Shown: one piece after another, positions 56,801-64,000 of the stretch
How the letters are laid out: each line of letters starts with the position of its first letter
Numbering within the stretch: the first letter of the stretch is position 1
From: a virus
Direction: 5' to 3' (one strand)
Virus record (IMG/VR): IMGVR_UViG_3300021185_001231
DNA length: 64,000 bases
Position numbers and translations under genes: made by a program
The notes under the pieces: model-generated
What the model saw: the letters and a program-made list of their open reading frames with translations, nothing else
Told to the model about the DNA's origin: nothing
Database searches by the model: none

Positions 56801-59800
56801 ATATGTGGTTTTGCAGCATCATACTGAGTGGTGTTAATAGTTGCTATGTGAGAGTAATCTTCAGTACTAAACACTTCAACTATTGCACCTTGACTATCAT
56901 TATAATTATCACCAGCTGGAGCTGCATGATATCTAGTTACCGCCAAGTGATTCAGAGTTCTATCGATAGCCATTTGACCACCAAACTTTCTTTGAGAGAC
57001 ACCAGGCGCAGTAATAGTCTGTACTACAGTATTAGTTGATAGATCAACAACATAGACAGCTCCATCGGGTACCATGCTATTAGAAGCAGCACCATAGAAA
57101 AAATCACTGATAAATGCTTTATTTCCTTGTACCAATATTTTTCGAAGTTTATGACCTTCGTTTGAATTAGCATTAGTTGCGGATCCAGGCAACGCAATAG
57201 TCGCATCCAGATTACCAGTAGCGATATCATAAATGTACATCTGATTTATGTAAGCGGTTAAGAACTTAGTTCCATAAATCGCATGAGCAACATTATAGTT
57301 ACCAGAAGTAACGGGGAAACTATTGACTAAAGAACCATCACTTAAGTTATGAATATAAGCTGTGTCCGTTGAAGCTTTAATCCAAGCGGCATAAGTTTCA
57401 TCCATAACCATAGTTGGATCGTCATCACCGACATTAACATCCCAAACTTTATTTAAGTCTTTATCAAGAACCTGTATAGTTTTTGTCTGAATGCCTGAGA
57501 CTTTACCTTGAGCATAAATGGAAAAATGCGTAGAATCATTAGTTCTCATTCTAGTTGCATCTGCACCATACTGACTACCGATCATATTATCGGTTATAGT
57601 AAGTCCTAGTGTACCAGCACTGAATGTTCCATTAGCACTCCAGTCAGAACTAGTTACTGTATTAGTACCGAATCCAGTTGTTAAATCAACAGGTTGGATA
57701 GCAGTATCAGCAAGAGCACCTTGAGCAGAAGTTGCAACGGCACTAGCGTCTGCCTTAGTAGCAAGAGCAGCAGTAGTTGCGGCATCATCTGCCTTAGTTG
57801 CAAGACTAGTGGTAACAGTAGATGCGAAGTTTGCGTCATCACCTAGAGCAGCAGCTAACTCGTTAAGGGTATCCAATGCCGCAGGAGCAGCATCTACAAC
57901 ATTAGCAACTTCAGCAGTAATTGCTGAGTTCATTTCCGAAGTAGTTGAGTAACCAGAAAGATCTACAGTAACGTTATCGATCGCAGTATTCATTTCCGCT
58001 GTAGTTGAGTAACCAGAAAGATCAACGTCAGCACTAGAAACAGCAGAATCAACGTATGCTTTAGTTGCCGCATCTGTACCACTCGTTGGCGTTCCAAGAT
58101 TAGAAATCTTGTTTGTGGCCATGTCAACATTTGCTTGCATCTCAATATCAGTTGAACCTGAAGAGGTACTAATACCAGAGACCTGATTTTGAAGTATAGC
58201 AATTGCTTGGTTGTTAATAGTTTCCGCAGAAGTCGCACGAGTTGTTTCGGCAGTTAAGTCAACTTGACTTGCCTTATCAGCAAGACTAGTAGTAACAGTT
58301 GAAGCAAAGTTTGCATCATCACCAAGAGCAGCTGCTAGTTCATTCAACGTATCCAATGCGGCAGGAGCAGCATCTACAACATTAGCGACTTCAGCAGTAA
58401 TTGCAGAGTTCATTTCTGTAGTAGTTGAGTAACCAGATAGATCAACACTAACATTAGAGATTGCAGTATTCATTTCTGTGGTAGTTGAGTATCCAGAAAG
58501 ATCAACGTCAGCGTTAGCAATAGCAGTATTCATTTCCGCAGTAGTTGAGTATCCAGAAAGATCAACACCAGAAACACCAGAGTCAGTATACGCTTGTGCT
58601 TGCGATAAAGTTGCGGCTAATTCAGCAGTAGTTGCATATGGAGATAAATCCGTACCTTCTAATAATAGTTTACCACTAGTAAGTGCAAGACCAGCAATGT
58701 AATCACTTTCAGTTGTAGTAACACTACCATCGTCTTGTACATAGTACGTTGACCCGACTGAAAGACCAGTCAAGACGGTAGTAGAACTATTCTTAATAGC
58801 GACTTGTACATTTTCACCATCTGCTTGAGTACTTGTTGCGATACCGATCCACTGAGCAGTATTACTTACAGGCGTCATTCTAGAGACGTGTGCTTTGACC
58901 TCGTTGCCATAGACACGACTTCCAGAATTATTTCTTAAAAATACACTATGACCATTTAATTCTGGGCCGTCAAAAACAACAAAAGAGGTAGAGCTACCAT
59001 TGGAAGTGTCAGAATAAGTGTGAGCCCCTCCGCGCCATTCTTCGGTTACTGTCCAAGAGCCCGAAGAATCAATACTGCCGAGAACATAACCCCATCCATT
59101 ATCACTGTTGTATTGTCGTCCGTACATAAATGTAACGGTGTCACTTAATGAAGATGTTGCTACGGCTATAGAATTATAACTCTGGTTTCCGGTATCATTA
59201 ATCAATTTTGAAATGAAAGACTTTTCAACTAAATCTCCACTAGAGTCAAATTCGAGCACCATTGCTCTTATGTAAGTATTTGAACTCCAAGATTTCATCG
59301 GCACAACAATATTGCCCGAGTATGCCGAATATGAAATCCAACCACCAGTTATTCCACCATTATCACCTATGCTCGTGTCGATGTGATAATTACCAGAAGT
59401 TCTACTAGTGTAGTCATATTGTTTAGCGTCTCCAAAACTCAATTGTTCATTAGATACGTCTACTTTTATAGCAGTAATTTGTTTGCCGTTATGCAGCATA
59501 AACATCCAGTCTTGACCGTCTATTGTTAAGACTGTAGTTCTTTCTGGCAGACTATAATAGCTTTGATTTGTTCCAAGGCCAAGGAAATAATTTTCAAAAT
59601 CAGACTGATTGCTTGCAGCTGAATATAAGGTGTATTCAGTACCGATTATTAATTCACCATTATAAACTGAAATTTTTGTTCCCATTACGTTACTATTGTT
59701 TTCATCACCCGGGCCAACTCCATTCTGTCTATAGAATAGATGTAGTTCACCATCAACTACAGCATGCTGTAGTTGGTTTGTATAAGACCTGTTAAAAGTA

Positions 59801-60762
59801 GTGAAGCCTACTTTAGATATAGAAGAACCATTATTATAAAAAAGTACAATTCTTTCTCGTTCAGCATTAACAAGAACATAGTATGCTGTGCCTGGTATTA
59901 CAGCCATAATAGCTTTTTTACTAACAGCTTCTCCCAGCATATAGGCCCAATTATTAGATCCAGTCGCAGCATCAGAATTAAAAGAGTAATGTACAGTAGT
60001 TTCTAGTGACATTGGATCAGGGGTTACAGCAGAAATTTTTATCTTTTCTTGTCCATAGTTACTACTCTTTTCACTGGCCATTACAATTAATTGATTATTC
60101 ACAGTATCCCAATCCATGAACATGGCTCTTTTATCAATATTCGTACCTAAACTAGTATAGGTTTCATTCATGTCGGGTATATTAGATGATATCTGTGTAA
60201 CCTTTCCAGTAGATGTTAAAGCAACCGCGCTTCCACTAGTAACAGTACCAAACGCTTCATAGGTTTGAGTACCAATTGTATTTTCTAAAGCGGTTAAGTC
60301 TGCTTGTGTAGCAGCATTGTCAGCTTTAGTACCCTGTGCGGCAGTCGCAAAAGATGTGATCGCAGCTGTCGCGGCAGTTCCTAGACCAAGATTTGATCTA
60401 GCAGCAGCGGCATCGGCAACGTCACTTAAGTTGTTTGCAGCGTTTAATTTTGTGTTTAGTGCGTTCGTCATTGACGTTGCGAAATCCGCATCATCTCCGA
60501 GTGCCGCAGCTAATTCGTTTAATGTGTCTAAGGTCGCTGGTGCGGAGTCTGCAAGAGCAGAGACAGCAGTAGTGACAGCACTATCAATTGAACCTTGGTC
60601 AACACCCTGTGCGACAGTAGCGTCAATCATGGCTTGAACGGCAGTTTGATACGATGCTTCGTTTAGTACGCCATCAGCACCAACAATGTTGATACCATTA
60701 ACGAAAACTTCACCAGCAACGTCTAAACCGTTCTGTATTCTAAATTTCTTTTCTGAACTCAT
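50839..60762 (-). CDS. Giant modular tail fibre/adhesin (3307 aa)
   Basis: Seven APxxLDTLNELAAALGDD connectors separating five beta-rich domains; AAAGGA RBS; upstream of neck genes. Confidence 0.85.
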   Translation of the reverse strand: MSSEKKFRIQNGLDVAGEVFVNGINIVGADGVLNEASYQTAVQAMIDATVAQGVDQGSIDSAVTTAVSALADSAPATLDTLNELAAALGDDADFATSMTNALNTKLNAANNLSDVADAAAARSNLGLGTAATAAITSFATAAQGTKADNAATQADLTALENTIGTQTYEAFGTVTSGSAVALTSTGKVTQISSNIPDMNETYTSLGTNIDKRAMFMDWDTVNNQLIVMASEKSSNYGQEKIKISAVTPDPMSLETTVHYSFNSDAATGSNNWAYMLGEAVSKKAIMAVIPGTAYYVLVNAERERIVLFYNNGSSISKVGFTTFNRSYTNQLQHAVVDGELHLFYRQNGVGPGDENNSNVMGTKISVYNGELIIGTEYTLYSAASNQSDFENYFLGLGTNQSYYSLPERTTVLTIDGQDWMFMLHNGKQITAIKVDVSNEQLSFGDAKQYDYTSRTSGNYHIDTSIGDNGGITGGWISYSAYSGNIVVPMKSWSSNTYIRAMVLEFDSSGDLVEKSFISKLINDTGNQSYNSIAVATSSLSDTVTFMYGRQYNSDNGWGYVLGSIDSSGSWTVTEEWRGGAHTYSDTSNGSSTSFVVFDGPELNGHSVFLRNNSGSRVYGNEVKAHVSRMTPVSNTAQWIGIATSTQADGENVQVAIKNSSTTVLTGLSVGSTYYVQDDGSVTTTESDYIAGLALTSGKLLLEGTDLSPYATTAELAATLSQAQAYTDSGVSGVDLSGYSTTAEMNTAIANADVDLSGYSTTTEMNTAISNVSVDLSGYSTTTEMNSAITAEVANVVDAAPAALDTLNELAAALGDDANFASTVTTSLADKASQVDLTAETTRATSAETINNQAIAILQNQVSGISTSSGSTDIEMQANVDMATNKISNLGTPTSGTDAATKAYVDSAVSSADVDLSGYSTTAEMNTAIDNVTVDLSGYSTTSEMNSAITAEVANVVDAAPAALDTLNELAAALGDDANFASTVTTSLATKADDAATTAALATKADASAVATSAQGALADTAIQPVDLTTGFGTNTVTSSDWSANGTFSAGTLGLTITDNMIGSQYGADATRMRTNDSTHFSIYAQGKVSGIQTKTIQVLDKDLNKVWDVNVGDDDPTMVMDETYAAWIKASTDTAYIHNLSDGSLVNSFPVTSGNYNVAHAIYGTKFLTAYINQMYIYDIATGNLDATIALPGSATNANSNEGHKLRKILVQGNKAFISDFFYGAASNSMVPDGAVYVVDLSTNTVVQTITAPGVSQRKFGGQMAIDRTLNHLAVTRYHAAPAGDNYNDSQGAIVEVFSTEDYSHIATINTTQYDAAKPHMSSYLAVRGGRIFIGADNSVQSKTIKAYNISDGQQSGTFACFENGNVEVIIVGDTLITYSQKRFFSSVAQTGTTTTSFVVDDSLFATKAYVDSGVAGVDLSGYSTTSEMNTAISAIPSTDLTPYSTSTEMTSAIATAKTEAQTYADQVVASTVDAAPAALDTLNELAAALGDDANFASTVTSSIATKADDAATTAALATKSDQTDLDTLESLIKGQDVVGTSILISAPYAEHSDGTQRAGQTYLYNAADTSSPVLTIESADPREWMAQGSNDKPYSTTINQYGFVAIGDHNYTGGGRVSIFNPDGSLLQNLLPSSPNSSLNENFGKTVVWSESGDRLFVAAKNEDSNAASGDKVEGAIYAYTVNYSNDNQNLNFSSPTKLSPSRNFNALGGNQWFGENNSSIVSVGRKLYVGFVSYDGSTQNQGRVYIYNIDDLNASPTEIATQSNTHGNSFGSSVAANSTHWAAVAYSGASGTPEVIHIFNSSNNQLIGTIQKPNIETNDNWIQYIEMTDSHIISIGAGLSGSDNNGMYVWPLSSISSQPTYVARYGSSSDGFNVHAKSVSAKGNIILLGYHEFNDGNVNGQLHIYDVNDLSTPQKVLNQPFSTINESRFGMSASIGYTMTSPAAALETVATEITPAINELRSEISALSGTDTSLTDSISANASAIAAETAARTAAIAAIPSTDLSDYSTTAEMNTAITAEVANVVDAAPAALDTLNELAAALGDDANFASTVTTSLASKADDAATTAALATKADGAATTTALATKADVTTVTAIEDFLNGNVSDVTPEAVPLTKISPISSGSSHSDRFGSNMIITNDYVIVAADNYGSDQHGQVFVYDKNNTESVPSVIEMQNESSLINTQYGPSFGENMVWSENTKTLACSWSTSVSSSNTGGIQFFDVTDRNNISMKHQYLGSTDDKLKVRANTDGKFIATSKTNVSGSQLLLWDENSLSASPTVFVSPTGVSWGKRVVAGEGRMYVFEQATSTWYEYDVATLTLQSTITNSGNSYYGVIGGGKFISWSPNTIANVYEFGSNVRTAIDLGGNPSNALHATSSHLYIGSIKSDQYGALGTDEGVLKVYDLSDLNATPVTISTAQSFYGYFGGITADDETLYITEYDGSGSSSPKGINRWDVSSLAGGFSLQSDLESLVSVETSAREIAIAAETSARETAITSAISTASADATSKADQAEVDAKAYADQVVAATVDAAPAALDTLNELAAALGDDANFASTVTTSLASKADDAATTTALDGKATTAQGAKADTAVQPEDFWSLADGSTTTYTVDWSATDYQPDSGKQTQSFYKRDDIDDIRDAVDVRTSPNGNVVAVFNNWVGSGIPSNTDISYTVRVYNASGVEIREYDMGSIVRQSNNDLYGALSIGEKLVSAEITDTHVFIAYSYSSNGAGYKVYSIDDLDTAIGGHRSHSKLFTVDYNTITAGGNQNGVYAFIRSVGNDKLIVTNQSNYGSRGEFGATNWVTQEEISLPWLPVVNPQYISCDVHSASGWVYVAGRMQSDPNIRGYNFDTGATHVIPYSTFGHWLKGPNPGTQGDVSSKTVSVGSKYIVIVDSNSNAGHDYPDSYGDNPALVYEVGTDNLVATIPRPSSVMRWGASPTQTVTATNGDAVIIPGSNVGDYNNKKAYIFDMASSDKTVATNSWDLEQGVSSGNKSYTYIDVSDNHEILVAEHKGVWKSDGPTVAINTPSVDASTIASKVYVDNVVAATDGRTAGISVDSDSNIALSVGIEMGQNNIKDVNDVYANRGFIDTIESNDLKVQTGTVDFEGSIVNFGSSTIIGSGFGTATKAEVDAHLNIPTANAGEFVKWNGTDYEWTELLSGRLATDQLQVASGGSISITGPGGTFDFQDGIVMLSGSDVRVDTPTDVGQAANKGYVDGVVAATVDAAPAALDTLNELAAALGDDANFASTITNSLATKANTADVATAAQGAKADSALQPGDAVSLTVDNSEKLDGQQSSHFRIDIYDINGNIVN
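54620..54713. repeat. 94-nt exact direct repeat, copy 1
   Basis: Identical to 58313..58406 by manual comparison. Confidence 0.85.
58313..58406. repeat. 94-nt exact direct repeat, copy 2
   Basis: Identical to 54620..54713. Confidence 0.85.
58399..58567. repeat. Tandem 60-nt coding repeat (VDLSGYSTTxEMNxAI), three copies
   Basis: Column-aligned repeats on consecutive 60-nt lines; two more copies at about 57915-58027. Confidence 0.85.
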
Positions 60763-60791
60763 TTTTAATTTCCTTTAATTTTTATGCAAGG

Positions 60792-60816
60792 TCAGGGGAG
60801 CATTGCACCCCCCTGA
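60792..60816 (-). other. Intergenic GNRA-capped hairpin between fibre genes
   Basis: TCAGGGG...GCAA...CCCCTGA; no adjacent U tract. Confidence 0.55.
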
Positions 60817-60849
60817 ATTTAATTTTTATGCATAACAATGAATTGATTA

Positions 60850-63800
60850 TTATGCATCGATGTACGTAGCAACGACTGTTACCTTAGTACTCTCAGCATT
60901 AGCAGTGTAAGTCAATTCAATGTCGCCAGTACCCGAATTAACACGTACATCTGTATCACCCAAAGTAGTGGAACCTGTGAAGATTACACCATACTCAGTG
61001 ATGAAGGCAGAAGTACCGTTATGGACTACTAGACATTCACGTGTTTCGAACTCTTGTCCGTCTGGAGACTCAATAGATACCAAGTACTTAGCGGATCTGT
61101 GATTCGCTTTAGGGAATGAAGAAACCACAGCTTCGACAGTACCGACAGTTCGTTGTGCACCCTGTTCACCGACTTTAATGTCTGCGGTGAATGATGAAGT
61201 AGAAACTGAACCATCAAGAACACCTTGTACAGCACCGACAGAGTGAGAGATGATAACTGCCTGAGCACCATTAGGAATCGGAGCAGTAAATACAATCTCT
61301 TGTGCAACCGAATCAAAGTTATAGTGTGTGCCTGGATCCTGAATAACACCACCAACGAATACTAGAGCGTCTGCAATATTTACATAGAATGTAATTGCGA
61401 AGTTAGTCTGTACTCCATCACCATTCATAACTTGACGATTAGGTTGTACGAATTGAAGATCATTCGGGTGGATAAAGTCCCAACCGGATTCATCAGACTT
61501 AACTTGCATTAAGTACTCAGCTTTACCGACATAAGTAGTTTCTGATATATCATCCAACTCAAGTAGAGTACCAGCAGTATCAATAGCGATAACACCAGTA
61601 GTATTATCGTAAGAAACTCTTCCGTTACCTTTAGTATCAACCGCACTAATAGATTCTCTTGAACGAGCTTCAGTAAAGTATCTGTTAGATGCATTCGGAT
61701 CTTCTACAAGATCACTCGTGTCAAACTGCGAGATGTGTTGTGCAGCAAGACCAGCGTCCATTTGACCCTTGTTAACAGCGTCAGAAGCGACAGTACCATC
61801 AGCTACAGCAGCAACCTTGTTTGAACCCATGTTCAATACACCAGACATAGTGTCGCCAGACTTGGCAACCTTTTGATCGATGTTTGACTGAAGAGTCGTG
61901 TCCGCAGAAGATCGTGCGGATGCTTCAGCAGATACAGCAGCTGCTCTATCAGTGATCTCTTGTGCAAGACCAGAAGCGTTAGTTGCGATGTCAGTTTGGT
62001 TAGAAGAGATAAGTGAAGTTAGATCACTATCTGCGTCACCAAATGCGGTAACAATCTCTGTCAATGAATCCAAAGCAGCGGGATCAGTGTTAGAAACGAT
62101 GAAGTCTACTCGTGCGTTTACAGCTGCTTCAGCAGTCTGTGCACGTGTCGCTTCGTCAGAGATAGAAGTAGCGTTAGTTGCAATATTTGCAGCATTTGCT
62201 TGTTCAGCTGAAGTAGCACGACCAACTTCCGCAGTAATCTGTGATTGCAGACTTGCGTCACCTGAAGTTCTAGAAGAGATTTCTGAGTTCAAGTTATTAG
62301 TTAGTGTATTATCCGCAGCGATACGTGCAGTTTCTTCTGCCTTAAGTGCAACGTCTAACTTGGTAGACTCGTCCTTAAGTGATACCGCAGTATCTAAGAA
62401 GTTAGAACCTGAACGTGATAGGTAAGCACCATCAGTAGCAACACCGACAGAAGTTTGAGTTAGAGTCATTTCTGATTCTAAAGTAGTTGCTCTAGTGTCT
62501 AATGCGTTATCAGCATTCGCTCTTGTTGTAGCTTCAGCGGTGATTTGACCTTCAAGTAGATCGTCAGCAGCTTCTCTTGTTGAAGCTTCAGTAGCAACGA
62601 TTCCGTCAGAATAAGTCTTAGCGGCCGCTTCAGCATTATCTGCTTTAGTCGTCGCATCTGAAGATGCAGAGTTTAATACAACGGCATCGGCAGTTGCGAA
62701 ATCACTACGGATTGAAGTATCAGCAGCAGCAAAATCGCCACGAATCGAAGTTTCTTCAGCTTGTGCACGGGCAGTCTCCGTAGAAATGGCAGTTGCGTTA
62801 GTTACAATAGAAGATTCGGCAGTAGTCATTCGACCAGCTACCGCATTTGTATCTGTATGCAATTCGTTTACCGCACCAGCGAGATCATTCGCAACTGTGT
62901 CAAGTGAAGTACCTTCACCAACAAATGCTTCTAGATCATCGATTTCACTTTCAGCAGCATCCATCTCTGTCTCTAGAGTAGTAGCGCGTGCTTCGACAGC
63001 ATCCATTTCAGATTCTAGTGTAGTAGCGCGTGCTTCTACAGCATCCATTTCTGTGTTCAGAGTTGAGATAGAAGATTCGTTTGTGGTCAATCGTGAAGAG
63101 TTATTATCGATAACAACTTGCATATCACTGTCAGCATTCTCATATGCGCCAATGATTTCAACTAATGTATCTAATGTTTCCGGAGCAGCATTTACTAAGA
63201 AGTCTACTCGACCTTCGACGATGTCTAAATCTGTTTGAATTGCAGCATCAGCGGCAATACGTGCAGAAGTCTCATCAGCGACGGCAGTAGTAAGAACACC
63301 TTCAGCTGCGATAGCACGAGCAACTTCAGAGTTGATGCTTGCAGCATTAGTTGCAATGCTACCAGTGTTTGTATCAACGTCAGTTCTTAGACCAGCTTCT
63401 ACACCAGTTGCACGTGTAACTTCCTGTGCAAGTGAAGCATCAGTGGCAGAGTCAGCTGCGATTCTTGCAGTTTGTTCTGCGAGAAGATCAGCGTCATGTT
63501 GAGTATCAGCAGCCGCACGAGTGACAGCTTCTGCATCAATGTTACCTTGGAGAGTAGCATCAGCAGAAACACGAGCAGTAGTCTCGGTAGCGATGTCTGA
63601 AGTATTTGCATCGATATCTGTCTCAGCAGTATCCATACGACCTTCTAGGTTAGTAGCGCGTAGAGATAGTGCGTCATCACCAGAAACTCGTAATGCAGTT
63701 TCAGCAGCAACAATAGTGTCTGCATGAGTTTCCGCAGTAGTTTTTGCAGTTGCAATACGTGCGGTAACAGTATTTCCGCCAGTTCCGTCTACAGAAGCAT

Positions 63801-64000
63801 CACCAATAAATAGTGCATCTTTAGTTTCTGCGTGAGACTTAGCGGAAACTTCTGCCTCATCTGCTTTAGTAGTTGCGTCGACGGCAGCAGCCGCTTGAAC
63901 CGCAGTATCACCAGCAGCACGATCAACAAGTTCTTGCGCAAGACCAGAAGTCAAAGTTGCATCAGCAGTTGCACGAGTTGACGCTTCGGTGTCAATGTTT
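60850..64000 (-). CDS. Long coiled-coil fibre protein, 5' end outside window
   Basis: Frame stays open to 64000; ExxxR..AD repeats, PETLDTL/PAALDSL connectors, C-terminal KYLVSI..E.LVVHNG..TEYG domain. Confidence 0.85.
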   Translation of the reverse strand, partial: NIDTEASTRATADATLTSGLAQELVDRAAGDTAVQAAAAVDATTKADEAEVSAKSHAETKDALFIGDASVDGTGGNTVTARIATAKTTAETHADTIVAAETALRVSGDDALSLRATNLEGRMDTAETDIDANTSDIATETTARVSADATLQGNIDAEAVTRAAADTQHDADLLAEQTARIAADSATDASLAQEVTRATGVEAGLRTDVDTNTGSIATNAASINSEVARAIAAEGVLTTAVADETSARIAADAAIQTDLDIVEGRVDFLVNAAPETLDTLVEIIGAYENADSDMQVVIDNNSSRLTTNESSISTLNTEMDAVEARATTLESEMDAVEARATTLETEMDAAESEIDDLEAFVGEGTSLDTVANDLAGAVNELHTDTNAVAGRMTTAESSIVTNATAISTETARAQAEETSIRGDFAAADTSIRSDFATADAVVLNSASSDATTKADNAEAAAKTYSDGIVATEASTREAADDLLEGQITAEATTRANADNALDTRATTLESEMTLTQTSVGVATDGAYLSRSGSNFLDTAVSLKDESTKLDVALKAEETARIAADNTLTNNLNSEISSRTSGDASLQSQITAEVGRATSAEQANAANIATNATSISDEATRAQTAEAAVNARVDFIVSNTDPAALDSLTEIVTAFGDADSDLTSLISSNQTDIATNASGLAQEITDRAAAVSAEASARSSADTTLQSNIDQKVAKSGDTMSGVLNMGSNKVAAVADGTVASDAVNKGQMDAGLAAQHISQFDTSDLVEDPNASNRYFTEARSRESISAVDTKGNGRVSYDNTTGVIAIDTAGTLLELDDISETTYVGKAEYLMQVKSDESGWDFIHPNDLQFVQPNRQVMNGDGVQTNFAITFYVNIADALVFVGGVIQDPGTHYNFDSVAQEIVFTAPIPNGAQAVIISHSVGAVQGVLDGSVSTSSFTADIKVGEQGAQRTVGTVEAVVSSFPKANHRSAKYLVSIESPDGQEFETRECLVVHNGTSAFITEYGVIFTGSTTLGDTDVRVNSGTGDIELTYTANAESTKVTVVATYIDA
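62957..63053. repeat. Tandem 42-nt coding repeat (EMDAVEARATTLEx)
   Basis: Two full near-identical units plus a partial one. Confidence 0.75.

Noticed and set aside
57915-58567. Regularly spaced repeats resembling a CRISPR array or DGR repeat pair
   Set aside because: In-frame 60-nt coding repeats varying mostly at synonymous sites; no unique spacers, cas genes, reverse transcriptase or adenine-specific variation
50839-64000. Plus-strand ORFs inside the fibre genes (e.g. 54353..54739, 61898..62425, 62786..63238)
   Set aside because: Antisense shadows of Ala/Thr-rich biased codons; no RBS and fully nested in long minus-strand genes

Overview
This window is a ~64 kb segment of a lytic, AT-rich T4-like myovirus. 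Gene content resembles marine T4-like phages; the host is not identifiable from sequence alone. Almost everything is encoded on the minus strand. Reading right to left in transcription order: two very large repeat-rich fibre genes; the T4 neck/terminase/tail/head block (gp13-14-15-16-17-18-19-20-67-68-21-22-23, gp3); uvsY, uvsW, gp55, gp47, gp46, gp45; a tRNA cluster (Glu, a non-canonical Gly-like RNA, Gly, Arg) followed by a structured non-coding stretch; gp44, gp62, regA, hsp20, gp43, a primase-like gene, two nucleotide-sugar enzymes, uvsX, gp40/41; then an accessory region. The standout is a late-promoter-driven cassette at 4.7-11.2 kb: two GFPI-motif membrane paralogs, csgF, csgG, curlin-like A, a FecR-domain protein, curlin-like B, a small membrane protein and a CHASE2 adenylate cyclase. 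It looks like a phage-encoded curli-type secretion pore wired to a trans-envelope cAMP signalling module. Other candidates: a Gly-acceptor tRNA-like RNA with ACC anticodon and remodelled D/T loops, a ROSE-like thermometer on hsp20, a hairpin plus pseudoknot element between two late promoters, a consensus antisense promoter aimed at uvsW, and a 3307-aa fibre made of five variable domains joined by near-identical DNA repeats. All calls come from motif recognition and synteny by eye; no database search or folding program was run.
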